Assembly: GCA_963558245.1 (NCBI GenBank)
Contig: CAUWGA010000005.1
Coordinates: forward strand, 813-64,812
Reading direction: 5' to 3'
DNA from: an uncultured Clostridia bacterium
Lineage (GTDB): Bacteria; Bacillota; Clostridia; TANB77; CAG-508
Length of the DNA stretch: 64,000 nt
Part shown: piece by piece, positions 9,014 through 19,313 of the stretch
Layout: each line of letters starts with the position of its first letter
How positions within the stretch are numbered: the first letter of the stretch is position 1
The notes under the pieces: model-generated
The model's database searches: none
Told to the model about the DNA's origin: nothing
Seen by the model: the letters and a program-made list of their open reading frames with translations, nothing else
Translations under genes and position numbers: made by a program

Positions 9014-9895
9014 TTATTTTTTATAAATTTCTTTTAATATATTATATATTGTATCTTTTATAAATTCCGCTGTTGTGACTGGTGCTACTTTTCCTGGTAA
9101 TGCTAATGCCCATACAAGTTTTAAATTTCTTTCTTTTGCTTCTCTTTTATCAATTCCTCCTGGATTTGACGCTAAGTCTATTAAAAGTGCATCTTTTTTT
9201 ACATATTGTAGCCTTTCTTTATTTAATATTAAATGTGGCACAGTATTTATTATTAAGTCATATTTTGATAAATTTTCCCCCAATACATTTATATTAGTTT
9301 CATTATGTCCATAAGCTCTAATCCATGCTAAATCTTCATCTTTTCTTGCTGCACATGTAACTTTTGCTGATAACCCTGCCATTTTTCTAGCTAATACTTT
9401 TCCTGTTCTTCCAAACCCTAGAATTAAAACTTCACTTCCATGAATTATTTTATTAGTATTAGAAATGGCAATTTCTATTGTTCCTTCTGCTGTTGATACT
9501 GTATTTAAAACTGCTAATTCTTCTCTTTTCATTATATCTATTATTTCGATATACTCATCATTTGCCATATCATATATTTCTGGAGTTATACTTCCTGCTA
9601 TTAAGATTTTAGCATTTAAATAATGAATTAGTTCTCTTATTGATATTTCTTTATCACTAAAAGGTGCATTTATATTTACTCCATTACTTGAAAAAGGTAT
9701 TGGTCCAATTACAATTTCTACGTCTTCTGGAATTGCTTTACTTATTTTTTCAGTAAACATTATATTTTGATGTCCTTTTAATTCTTCTGCTTTTTCAAGT
9801 CCATATACATATATTTGATTTCCTTCATCTGCTAACATTTTAGCTAATTTTATTATTCGTAAATCTCCACCTATTATAGAAAAACTTGTGCTCAT
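9014..9895 (-). CDS. dpaA: Dipicolinate synthase subunit A
   Basis: MSTSFSIIGGDLRIIKLAKML... with a Rossmann-type LILGFGRTGK motif. Start refined to the ATG at 9895, which follows the strong SD AAGGAGGG. The track ORF extends further upstream. Confidence 0.8.
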   Translation of the reverse strand: MSTSFSIIGGDLRIIKLAKMLADEGNQIYVYGLEKAEELKGHQNIMFTEKISKAIPEDVEIVIGPIPFSSNGVNINAPFSDKEISIRELIHYLNAKILIAGSITPEIYDMANDEYIEIIDIMKREELAVLNTVSTAEGTIEIAISNTNKIIHGSEVLILGFGRTGKVLARKMAGLSAKVTCAARKDEDLAWIRAYGHNETNINVLGENLSKYDLIINTVPHLILNKERLQYVKKDALLIDLASNPGGIDKREAKERNLKLVWALALPGKVAPVTTAEFIKDTIYNILKEIYKK

Positions 9896-9956
9896 AAAAT
9901 CCCTCCTTATGCTTATTATATTGTTTTTTATAAATTTTATGAGCTTATTTTTTATT

Positions 9957-11207
9957 TTAGTGTAATTCTTTTTGGTTATCATCTATTTCATTTTGTATCT
10001 CTTCTTTTTGTATTATTTTTTCTTGTCTTTTATCTTCCTTATTATTTTTCAATAAGTTTATATCATTATAGCCCAAATGTCTTGTTATCTCTGACATTTC
10101 CTCCAAGTGTACTTTTGCTTGTTTTTCTTTTTCATTTAATTTTGGTTCTTTAATTTCTTTACTTTCTAAGTTAAAAGGCATTGAAATTTTTGCCATAATT
10201 GGTATAAATATTGGATCTTTTTTTACTCTTTCTACAATTTTTTTGCTATCAATATCTACTGCAACATTTATATATTTTATGGCAGTGTCTTTATCGTTTT
10301 TTAATAATGATATTTTTGAAAGTTCATAATAACTATCTGCTGATAGTTCTTCCTCATTTACAGCTTCTAAAAATTTCTTTTCTGCTTCTTCTATTTCTTT
10401 ATAAATTAAGGCAATTTCTGCTAAATTATATTTTGTACAATATGATAATGTATTAATTTCTGCTGCTTTTTCATAACAAGTTTTTGCACTTTGAAAATCA
10501 TTTAACATTGTATATGCCATGCCTAAATTATAATTCAAATCATAACTATATGCATTATATTTTAGTGCTTCTTGATATACATTTACAGCTTCTTTGTACA
10601 TTTGATTTTCAAATAATATATCTCCAAGAAGCATACTTGCTTCATAAGTTTCTGGCTTTTTATTTAATAAATTAAATAACATTTCTGTCGCTTCTTCTTT
10701 TTTATCTAATCCATTTAATAATTCTGCAACTTTATAATATGAATCATAATCTTGTTTATCTATATCAATTGCTTGTACATATTCATCTATAGCTTTTCTC
10801 ATTCCGCCTTCTTTTTCATATATTTGAGCTAACATTTTATGTGCTTTATAGCTGTTAATATTTTTCTCTAATAAGTCCATTAATGCTTGTTTTGCACCTT
10901 TATTATTACCAGACATCAAACATATTCTAGCTTTAGTTATATCTATTATTTCATATAAATATATACCTTTTTTTTCTAAAAGAAAGATAATTATTGGTAA
11001 TAAAATTGCTAATATATATTTTAGTATCACCCAAAACATACTTAACGTTACTGTAAATAGAACTTCTACAAAATTCAGTGCTATTCCTATTGCTTCTATT
11101 ACTAATATTATTACATAACTTGTATCATTTCTTTTAATCATTGTAAAAAACATATATACAAAAATTGCAAATGAAATAAATGTAAATAATAGTTGCTCTA
11201 ATAACAT
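9957..11207 (-). CDS. Membrane-anchored tetratricopeptide (TPR) repeat protein
   Basis: Three N-terminal TM helices, then repeated TPR-like units (A..Y..AL...P..Y.A....G). Confidence 0.65.
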   Translation of the reverse strand: MLLEQLLFTFISFAIFVYMFFTMIKRNDTSYVIILVIEAIGIALNFVEVLFTVTLSMFWVILKYILAILLPIIIFLLEKKGIYLYEIIDITKARICLMSGNNKGAKQALMDLLEKNINSYKAHKMLAQIYEKEGGMRKAIDEYVQAIDIDKQDYDSYYKVAELLNGLDKKEEATEMLFNLLNKKPETYEASMLLGDILFENQMYKEAVNVYQEALKYNAYSYDLNYNLGMAYTMLNDFQSAKTCYEKAAEINTLSYCTKYNLAEIALIYKEIEEAEKKFLEAVNEEELSADSYYELSKISLLKNDKDTAIKYINVAVDIDSKKIVERVKKDPIFIPIMAKISMPFNLESKEIKEPKLNEKEKQAKVHLEEMSEITRHLGYNDINLLKNNKEDKRQEKIIQKEEIQNEIDDNQKELH

Positions 11208-11258
11208 TCTTTTTCTCCTTTTATTTTTCTACATTTTATTCTATTTTTATTGGTTTGT

Positions 11259-11819
11259 CTAGTTGTAAAGTTTATTATATATTTTATAATTTCTTAATAT
11301 TTTTCTTACATAATTATTTGTTTCTTTATATGGTATATTTTCTATATCACTTCCGTCTGCTTTTATTATACCTTTTTTTATCCAAGTGTTCACCGTTCCT
11401 ATTCCTGCATTATATGCAGCAACTGCAACTTCTTTGTTACCATATGTATCAAGTAAAACTGATAAATATTTTATTCCTATATTAATATTATTTTGAACAT
11501 TTTTTATTTCTTCTTTCGCGTTATTATAGTCTATATTTATACCATATTTTTTAGCAACATCAATTGCCGTTTCTTCCATAATTTGCATTAATCCTATTGC
11601 ATCTCTATGTGATACTGCATCTTGTTTAAAATTACTTTCTGCTTTTATTACTGCAAATACTAATTCTTCTTCTACTTTATATTTTTCAGCATAAATAGAA
11701 ACTATTTCTTCATATGTTTTAGGATATATTATTTTCAAAAATTTATCTTTAAAAATACCTATTATTATAAGGATTACTAAAATTATTGCAAGAAAAATGT
11801 ATATCTTTTTTCCTTTCAA
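11259..11819 (-). CDS. Lytic transglycosylase (SLT domain)
   Basis: Catalytic motif AVIKAESNFKQDAVSHRDAIGLMQI and AYNAG. Confidence 0.8.
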   Translation of the reverse strand: MKGKKIYIFLAIILVILIIIGIFKDKFLKIIYPKTYEEIVSIYAEKYKVEEELVFAVIKAESNFKQDAVSHRDAIGLMQIMEETAIDVAKKYGINIDYNNAKEEIKNVQNNINIGIKYLSVLLDTYGNKEVAVAAYNAGIGTVNTWIKKGIIKADGSDIENIPYKETNNYVRKILRNYKIYNKLYN

Positions 11820-11840
11820 TTTATTCTCTCTCCTTTTAAT

Positions 11841-14552
11841 TTATTTACATTCATACCAATTGTCTGCTTCTGATAGTTCAGCCACCAATGGTACTTTTAA
11901 ATCTACTGCTGATTCCATGCATTTTTTCATGATTTCTTGTATTTCTTGTATTTCTTCTTTTGGTGATTCTATCATCATTTCATCATGCACTTGTAATACT
12001 ATTTTTGATTTTAATCCCCTTTTTTCTATATCTTTAAAAACTTTTAGCATCGCTATTTTCATTATATCTGCTGCTGTTCCTTGAATTGGTGTATTCATTG
12101 CTGCTCTTGCCCCAAATTGTCTAACCATATAATTATTAGACTTTAGCTCTGGTATATATCTCCTTCTATGAAATAATGTTTCTACATACCCTTGTTCTTT
12201 TGCTACTTCTTTTATATTGTCCATAAAATTATTTATTCCTGAATATTGCCTTAAATAATCATCTATATATTTTTTAGCTTTTTTTCTTCCTATCCCTAAT
12301 TGCTCACCTAATCCAAAGTCACTTATACCATATACTATTCCAAAATTTACTGCTTTCGCATTACTTCTTTGTTCTTTAGTTACTTTTTCTATAGGTGTTT
12401 TAAATACTTTAGAGGCTGCTTGTTTGTGTATATCTTGCCCTTCTTTAAATGCTTCTATCATATGCTCATCTTCTGATATTGATGCTAAAACTCTTAATTC
12501 TATTTGAGAATAGTCAGCATCAATATACACATTGCCTTCTTCTGGTTTAAACACTTTTCTTACTCTTTTTCCTAATTCAAATCTTGTAGGTATATTTTGT
12601 AAGTTTGGTTCTGTTGAACTTATTCTACCAGTAGCTGTTATGGTTTGATGGAAGAATGAATGAATTCTATTTGTTGTTGGGTTTATATATTGTTTTAGTC
12701 CTTCTACGTATGTAGAATTTAATTTCATTAACTGTCTATATTCTAATATTTTTTCTATTATTGGGTCTTCTTTTTTTAGTTTTTCTAGTACATCTACATC
12801 TGTTGAATAACCACTTTTTGTTTTTTTAACAACTGGTAATTTCATTTTTTCAAATAAAATTTCTCCTAATTGTTTTGTTGAATTAATATTAAATTCTTCT
12901 CCTGCCATTTCATGTATTACTTTTGTTAATATTTCTAACTTTTCTGTTAATTCTTTTCCAAATTGTTCTAGTTCAGATTTATCAACATACATACCATTCC
13001 ATTGCATATTTGACAATACTTCTACTGTTGGCATATCTATATTATAAAACAAATCTATACAATTAATCTCTTTTAATTCTTTTTCTGTTTTTTCTCTTAT
13101 TTTTCCAATAGCATATGCATATAAATTTGATATGGTTACTTTTTGCTCTTTTTCAGTTTCTTTTTTATTTTCATCTTCCATGTCAAATAAATTAATTTGT
13201 TCTTGTTTAGCATCATTTAGTAAATAGTCATCTATTATTATATTCAAATATCTTGGAATTAAATCTTCTATTTTTAATTTATTATTAGTTGGATTAAGTA
13301 TATATGATGCAATTGATATGTCATAATATATACCTTTTAGACTAATGTTTTCTTGTTTTAATAATATATATGTTTTTCCTAAGTCTATTCCTATTTTATT
13401 AATTTCTGAATTTTCAAATATTTCTTTTAATATTTGTACTTTGTTATCTTCTAAATTAATATTATAAACTTCGTTTTTCTCTTTATTATATATTGAAATT
13501 CCATCTATTTTTTCTTTTATTATTTTTTCTTCTTTTTTATTTTCTATTGTTGAAATATTAAATATCATCTCTTTAGTTTTGTTTATATATTCGATTATTT
13601 CTTTTTCTGTTTTACTTACATTTGTATATAGTTCTTCTTTATTTTCTACATCATTATTTGAACTTTCTCTTAAATTGAATCTTTCTATATATCTATTAAA
13701 ATTTAATTCTTCAAAAAGTTTTAAAACTTCTTGTTTGTTCCATTCTTCTACTTTAAAATCATTTAAATTGTCTTTTATTGGAACTTCTACATTTATTGTT
13801 CCAAGTGTTTTGGATAACAGAGCTAATTCTTTGTTTTCTACTATTTTTTCTCTTTGTTTTCCTTTTAAATTGTCAGTTCCTTCTTCTACTTTTTTATACA
13901 AGTTTTCTATTGAACCATATTCTTGTACTAGCTTTAATGCTGTTTTTTCTCCTACTCCTGGAACCCCAGGTATATTGTCAGAAGTATCTCCTTGTAGTCC
14001 TTTTACTTCAATTAATTGTTTTGGTTGTAAACCAAATTTTTCTACTATTTTTTCTCTATTATATTCGTCTGTTTCAGTTTTTCCAGCTTTTGTATGTGGA
14101 ATTCTGATTGTTACTTTATCTGTCGCTAATTGAAACGTATCTCTATCTCCTGACAAAATGGTTACATCTAGTCCTTGTTTTTCTCCATATACAGATAATG
14201 TCCCTAATATATCGTCTGCTTCATATCCTTCCATTTCTATAATGTCTATATTCATTGCTTTTAAAACTTCTTTTATTATCGGCATTTGCTCTGCAAGTTC
14301 ATCTGGCATTCCATGACGATTTGCTTTATATCCTTCATACATTTTATGTCTTGCTGTTGGAGCTTTTAGGTCAAATGCTACTACTATATATTTGGGTTCT
14401 ATATCTTCTAGTAATTTAAAAAGAATAGCTAAAAAACCATATACAGCATTTGTATATTTTCCATCTTTGGTTGTAAGCATTCTACTTCCCATAATCCCAT
14501 AAAACGCTCTATTCATTATGCTGTTTCCATCTATTAATACAAATTTGTCCAC
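11841..14552 (-). CDS. polA: DNA polymerase I
   Basis: 903 aa with a 5'-nuclease N-terminus, and polymerase motifs DYSQIELRVLA and QVHDE. Confidence 0.95.
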   Translation of the reverse strand: MDKFVLIDGNSIMNRAFYGIMGSRMLTTKDGKYTNAVYGFLAILFKLLEDIEPKYIVVAFDLKAPTARHKMYEGYKANRHGMPDELAEQMPIIKEVLKAMNIDIIEMEGYEADDILGTLSVYGEKQGLDVTILSGDRDTFQLATDKVTIRIPHTKAGKTETDEYNREKIVEKFGLQPKQLIEVKGLQGDTSDNIPGVPGVGEKTALKLVQEYGSIENLYKKVEEGTDNLKGKQREKIVENKELALLSKTLGTINVEVPIKDNLNDFKVEEWNKQEVLKLFEELNFNRYIERFNLRESSNNDVENKEELYTNVSKTEKEIIEYINKTKEMIFNISTIENKKEEKIIKEKIDGISIYNKEKNEVYNINLEDNKVQILKEIFENSEINKIGIDLGKTYILLKQENISLKGIYYDISIASYILNPTNNKLKIEDLIPRYLNIIIDDYLLNDAKQEQINLFDMEDENKKETEKEQKVTISNLYAYAIGKIREKTEKELKEINCIDLFYNIDMPTVEVLSNMQWNGMYVDKSELEQFGKELTEKLEILTKVIHEMAGEEFNINSTKQLGEILFEKMKLPVVKKTKSGYSTDVDVLEKLKKEDPIIEKILEYRQLMKLNSTYVEGLKQYINPTTNRIHSFFHQTITATGRISSTEPNLQNIPTRFELGKRVRKVFKPEEGNVYIDADYSQIELRVLASISEDEHMIEAFKEGQDIHKQAASKVFKTPIEKVTKEQRSNAKAVNFGIVYGISDFGLGEQLGIGRKKAKKYIDDYLRQYSGINNFMDNIKEVAKEQGYVETLFHRRRYIPELKSNNYMVRQFGARAAMNTPIQGTAADIMKIAMLKVFKDIEKRGLKSKIVLQVHDEMMIESPKEEIQEIQEIMKKCMESAVDLKVPLVAELSEADNWYECK

Positions 14553-14572
14553 AAATTTGTCCTCCTTATTTT

Positions 14573-15703
14573 CTACATTAAATATTTTTTAGTAATTTCA
14601 TAAAAGATTTGTGTACCAATTAATATTGGATTTTCTCCTACTTCAAATTCTTCACTATGTTGCGGATAAAAATTTTCCTTTTGGCATCCTACATGCATCA
14701 TTACTCCTGGTACTTTTTCTAAGTAATACGAAAAGTCTTCTGATGCTGTTGTTTGATATGTAGTATTTACTTCGTTTACCACTTTTCGTGCTATTTCTTG
14801 TAGTTCTTTTGCTTCTTGTCTAGAATTTTCCACAACAGGATATTCTACCAAAAATTCTACTTCTGCTTTTCCTCCCATTTTATTTGCAATATTTTCTACA
14901 GTCGTTTTTATTTTTTCTTTGCTTTCTTTTCTTATATTATTATTATTAGTTCTACAAATTCCTTTCATAGAAACAGTATCTGGAATTACATTATTAGTTT
15001 TCCCTCCATGTATTGCTGTAACTCCAATTATTGCTTTTTCATCTGATGTTACATTTATTTTAGCCATCTCTTTTAATGCTATTCCAATTTTATTAGCAAT
15101 ATAAATTGTATCTACACATTTTTCTGGCATTGCCGCATGTCCACCTTTTCCATACACCGTTATATTATATGGATCTGAAGATGCCATAACAGCTCCTTCT
15201 TTTATTGCTATGGTATCTTCTTTAAGTTCACTCCATACATGAATTGCAAAAGCTTTATCTACTTTTGGATTTTCTAAAACTCCATTTTCAACCATTTTTC
15301 TGGCTCCTGCGTTTCCTTCTTCATCTGGCTGAAATACTAATTTTACTGTTCCTTTTACTTTTTCTTTATTATCAATTAATATTTTAGCAAAAGCTAACAT
15401 AATTGACATATGTGCATCATGTCCACATGCATGTTTTGTTCTACCTGTATCATCCATTGTTACAGCATCCATATCTGTTCTAAATAATATGCATTGTCCC
15501 TCTTCTTCTCCTTTTAGTGTAGCAACAATACCAGTCTCATATATATTATTATTTATATCTGTATATCCTATTTGTTTTAATCTTTTTATTATATATTTTG
15601 ATGTTTCAAATTCTTCTAAGCCTCTTTCTGGATGATTCCAAAAAAATTCTTTATCTTTTAGCATTTGTGGTTTTAAATCTAATACTATTTTTTCAATATT
15701 CAT
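14573..15703 (-). CDS. M20D-family amidohydrolase (N-acyl-diaminopimelate deacylase-like)
   Basis: HACGHDAHMSIML and GGHAAMPE motifs of the Ama/HipO/YkuR subfamily. Sits beside the DAP genes. Confidence 0.75.
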   Translation of the reverse strand: MNIEKIVLDLKPQMLKDKEFFWNHPERGLEEFETSKYIIKRLKQIGYTDINNNIYETGIVATLKGEEEGQCILFRTDMDAVTMDDTGRTKHACGHDAHMSIMLAFAKILIDNKEKVKGTVKLVFQPDEEGNAGARKMVENGVLENPKVDKAFAIHVWSELKEDTIAIKEGAVMASSDPYNITVYGKGGHAAMPEKCVDTIYIANKIGIALKEMAKINVTSDEKAIIGVTAIHGGKTNNVIPDTVSMKGICRTNNNNIRKESKEKIKTTVENIANKMGGKAEVEFLVEYPVVENSRQEAKELQEIARKVVNEVNTTYQTTASEDFSYYLEKVPGVMMHVGCQKENFYPQHSEEFEVGENPILIGTQIFYEITKKYLM

Positions 15704-15843
15704 TCTTTCCTTATCCCTTCTTAAAATAAGATACTATTAAAAAGTATTAATATTTTGCTATTTTATCGGATTTAGATTTTTATTTTCTAAACTTTACTAT
15801 CTATGTCTAATTTAGAAGTTTTCAACTACTTTTTTGATATTTT

Positions 15844-17046
15844 TTATTTAAATAATTCTGAAATTCTTCTAACTGCTTCTTTGGTATTTTCTTTACTTGA
15901 AAATGCAGTTAATCTAAAAAATCCTTCTCCACAATCTCCGAAACCTATTCCTGGTGTTCCTACTACTCCCGCTTCATTTAATAGTTTATCAAAAAATTCC
16001 CATGATTTCATATTATTGGGCGTTTTTAACCATATATATGGTGAATGTACTCCTCCATATACTGTAAATCCAACTTTTTCTAGTTCTTCTCTAATATATT
16101 TAGCATTTTCTTGATAATATTTTATATTTTCTTTAATTTCTATTTGTCCTTGCTCACTATACACTGCATCTGCTGCTCTTTGTGTTATATATGATGCTGC
16201 ACCAAATTTAGTACTTTGACGTCTTCTCCATAAATTGTTTAGAGTTATTTTTTCTCCATTTTTTGTATATACTTTAAGTTCTTTTGGAACTGCTGTAAAT
16301 GAACATCTTACACCTGTAAATCCTGCTAATTTTGAATAACTTCTAAATTCTATTGCAACTTCTTTTGCACCTTCTATTTCATAAATACTATGAGGAATAT
16401 TATCATCTGTTATAAATGCCTCATATACTGAGTCATATAAAATAATAGAATTATTTTGTTTAGCATATTCTACCCACATTTTTAATTGTTCTTTATTTAA
16501 TGCAACACCTGTTGGATTATTAGGAGAACATAGATAAATTATATCTACATGTTCTTGTGGAATTTCTGGAATAAAGTTATTTTCTTCAGTTGCTTTTAAA
16601 TATATTATATCATTTCTTCCCATCATGATATTTGTGTCTCTATATGCAGGATAAACTGGATCCATCAATGCAACTTTATTATCTACTGCCAATAATTCTG
16701 CGATTCCTGCTAAATCACCTTTTGTACCAGCTGCAATAAATACTTCATCTTTATCTAAGTAAATTCCTCTTTTTTTATATTCCACTTCTAATATTTTATT
16801 TATTAAAAATTCATATCCTTGTACAATTCCATATCCTCTAAAAGTTTCTTGATTAGCCATTTCTTCTACTGCTTTATTCATGGCTTTTATCACAGTTGGA
16901 ACTAATGGTAAAGAAACATCGCCTACTCCAAGTTTTATAATTTCTTTTTCTGGATTTTTTATTTTATATTCATTTGTTTTTTCTAACACTTTTGAAAACA
17001 AATAGTCATCTTTTAAATTTAAAAAATTTTCATTTACAACTGCCAA
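15844..17046 (-). CDS. dapL: LL-diaminopimelate aminotransferase-like class I aminotransferase
   Basis: N-terminus VNENFLNLKDDYLFSKV...IKLGVGDVSLPL and the SYSKLAGFTGVRCS PLP-lysine region resemble the DapL family. Confidence 0.75.
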   Translation of the reverse strand: MAVVNENFLNLKDDYLFSKVLEKTNEYKIKNPEKEIIKLGVGDVSLPLVPTVIKAMNKAVEEMANQETFRGYGIVQGYEFLINKILEVEYKKRGIYLDKDEVFIAAGTKGDLAGIAELLAVDNKVALMDPVYPAYRDTNIMMGRNDIIYLKATEENNFIPEIPQEHVDIIYLCSPNNPTGVALNKEQLKMWVEYAKQNNSIILYDSVYEAFITDDNIPHSIYEIEGAKEVAIEFRSYSKLAGFTGVRCSFTAVPKELKVYTKNGEKITLNNLWRRRQSTKFGAASYITQRAADAVYSEQGQIEIKENIKYYQENAKYIREELEKVGFTVYGGVHSPYIWLKTPNNMKSWEFFDKLLNEAGVVGTPGIGFGDCGEGFFRLTAFSSKENTKEAVRRISELFK

Positions 17047-17163
17047 TTACAGCTTCCCCCTTTTTTAATTCTTTATAGTATTTAATATTTTTACTTTTAT
17101 ATCCTATACTATATTTATTCCCTTGGAGCAAAATCCCCAAGGGAATATTTTAAAACTATTTAA

Positions 17164-17955
17164 TTAAGGTCTTAATAAATCTTCTAAAACTATTTTGCTT
17201 CCATATTTTATAATAATTGGCACTGATTTTGATAATGTAACTCCTTCTATTTTAGAATTAACATCTCTTGTTCCTGGAATTACTACTGCATCTTTTGGAA
17301 TTATAATTTGACCATTTTCGTTTGGTGTTATTATTGTTCCATTAACATTATCATATACAGGTGTGCTTCCTGTAATTGTAACTCCTGCTCCTATTACAGC
17401 TCCTTCTTTTACTATTGTTCCTTCTGTAATTTGTGAACCAGCTCCGATAAATACATTATCTTCTATAATTACTGGGTATGCTCCTACTGGTTCTAATACT
17501 CCCCCTATTATTACATCTGCACCTATATGTACATTTTTTCCAATTTGCGCACAAGATCCAACTAACGCAAGTGAATCTACCATTGAACCTTCATCTATGT
17601 ATGCTCCTATATTAGCATAACACGGTGGCATAAATGTAACTCCTTTTCCAATATATACACCATCTCTTATTGATACAGTAGGTGAGACTACTCTTATTTT
17701 TTCTTCTAATGTTACAGGTCTTTCTCCCATTGTGTCTTTGTCTATTGTTCCATCTTCAAATTCAATTATTTCCCCATATTTAAATCCTAATAAAATAAAT
17801 TGTTTTACCCATTTATTTACTTTCCATTCTGAATTTTCTTTTGAAGCCACTCTTACTTTTCCAGTATTTAAATCTTTTTTAAATTCTTGCCATACTGGTA
17901 AAAATTCTTCTCTTGTCAAATTTTGATTTTCTATCATTTTAAGGTATTTTTCCAT
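17164..17955 (-). CDS. dapD: Tetrahydrodipicolinate N-acyl(succinyl)transferase
   Basis: GKVRVASKENSEWKVNKWVKQFILLGF N-domain and hexapeptide region IGKNVHIGADVIIGGVLEPVGAYPVIIEDNVFIGAGS match the DapD pattern. Confidence 0.8.
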   Translation of the reverse strand: MEKYLKMIENQNLTREEFLPVWQEFKKDLNTGKVRVASKENSEWKVNKWVKQFILLGFKYGEIIEFEDGTIDKDTMGERPVTLEEKIRVVSPTVSIRDGVYIGKGVTFMPPCYANIGAYIDEGSMVDSLALVGSCAQIGKNVHIGADVIIGGVLEPVGAYPVIIEDNVFIGAGSQITEGTIVKEGAVIGAGVTITGSTPVYDNVNGTIITPNENGQIIIPKDAVVIPGTRDVNSKIEGVTLSKSVPIIIKYGSKIVLEDLLRP

Positions 17956-18141
17956 ATCTTTTCTCCTTGTTTTATTATTTATTATACTTTTGAATTATAG
18001 CATTTATAAACAATTAATGTCAATTTAATTCTTCCATCCTTTTGCCGTCATTATATAATAAATAGCAGATAAATTCAACTATTTATCTGCTATTATCTTT
18101 ATATTTTAAAAATATATATTTTTTATTTTTATTAATCTTTT

Positions 18142-18801
18142 TTATTCTCTATTTTTTACAATTTTCTTTTGCATATCCATGCAATAATCATATATAAAAA
18201 ATGTCATTTTTGCTTCTTTTCCTTTAATAATAAAACTTTGCGATTGTTCGGCACATCTATTCATTCCTTGATGCTCATAAAATCCATAGTTACAACTTGT
18301 ATCTGTAAATAAGTAAAAATTATTTATACTTTGCGATTTCATATATTCTAACATATCATTAAACATTTTTTTACCTATTCCTTTTCCTCGAGCTTTACTA
18401 GATATTGCAAAAAAAGCTAATTCTCCTTCGTATTCTTTTTTACATTTTTCTAAAAGTTCTCTATCAATTTCATTTACATTTGAAAAAATTTGTGATGTAC
18501 TTCTCCCTTCTTTAGATAAGTATAAAGATATAATTGCAAATGCTTGCTTCATTTTATATTTTAAAGGACATTTATGTGATTTTGCGTCTTTTGCCATTAT
18601 AACTCCTATTGGTTGATTATCTAACAATGCTACTCTCGTATAAGTTTGATTTGTTAGACAGCTACTCAAAAAAACTTTTGCCATCTTGTGTGCTGTTTTT
18701 GAAGAACAAAGATCATTATAATTCCATGCCTCTATAATAATTTCTTCAATCATTTTTGAATCCTTTTTTTTAAATTCTCTAAATATTATTTCTCTTTCCA
18801 T
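18142..18801 (-). CDS. GNAT-family N-acetyltransferase
   Basis: AcCoA-binding motif ARGKGIGKKMFNDMLEY. Confidence 0.65.
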   Translation of the reverse strand: MEREIIFREFKKKDSKMIEEIIIEAWNYNDLCSSKTAHKMAKVFLSSCLTNQTYTRVALLDNQPIGVIMAKDAKSHKCPLKYKMKQAFAIISLYLSKEGRSTSQIFSNVNEIDRELLEKCKKEYEGELAFFAISSKARGKGIGKKMFNDMLEYMKSQSINNFYLFTDTSCNYGFYEHQGMNRCAEQSQSFIIKGKEAKMTFFIYDYCMDMQKKIVKNRE

Positions 18802-18858
18802 ATACTACACTCCTTTTCTACTTTCAGTATAAAGTATCTAGTAAGTGTAGAGTCAAGT

Positions 18859-19293
18859 TTATTCTTTAATTTTTATTAAAATTTGTGTAACATATTCATT
18901 TTCATTACAAATTGCAAAATCATTTAGCCCTTTTTCAAATGCATATCCCGTTAATTGTAAATGTTTCTCTTTTGCATATTCTAACATTTTTTCATACATT
19001 TTAGGTAGCTTATCCCATCCACCTTTTATATACCCACATAAATATTTTCCTTTAGTTTTTATAAAATTTTCTTTAGTTTGGCTTAAACTTGGCGTAAATA
19101 ATCCATCATATTCTTCAAATTTTTTATTTTTAACTTTTTCAAAAGAAATATAACTTCCTACACCTGCTCTACATTGTTCTATTCCCCAAATTTCATTAAT
19201 GTATGGAAACAATCTTTTTATGTCTTCATCTTTAAAGGCAAAAGGCGCTAATAATAAATCTTCCTGTTCACATTCTATTATTTGAATTGTCAT
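18859..19293 (-). CDS. GyrI-like small-molecule-binding domain protein (stand-alone effector domain)
   Basis: 144 aa. Size and position directly after a MerR HTH gene match the C-terminal half of BmrR-type regulators. Confidence 0.55.
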   Translation of the reverse strand: MTIQIIECEQEDLLLAPFAFKDEDIKRLFPYINEIWGIEQCRAGVGSYISFEKVKNKKFEEYDGLFTPSLSQTKENFIKTKGKYLCGYIKGGWDKLPKMYEKMLEYAKEKHLQLTGYAFEKGLNDFAICNENEYVTQILIKIKE

Positions 19294-19313
19294 GTTTTCC
19301 TTTTTCTCACTAA

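Noticed and set aside
9896-9982. N-terminal 29-aa extension of dpaA in the track ORF
   Set aside because: The extension has no SD and overlaps the TPR gene end. The internal ATG at 9895 follows AAGGAGGG and matches the usual DpaA N-terminus.
13579-14133. 184-aa and 109-aa plus-strand ORFs inside polA
   Set aside because: They are antisense shadow ORFs of an unambiguous polA gene, with F/L/S-rich composition and no start context.
17956-18141. Lysine riboswitch (L-box) upstream of dapD
   Set aside because: The gap is short once the GNAT gene's terminator hairpin (about 18060-18095) is subtracted, and it shows none of the conserved L-box helices or GC-rich cores.
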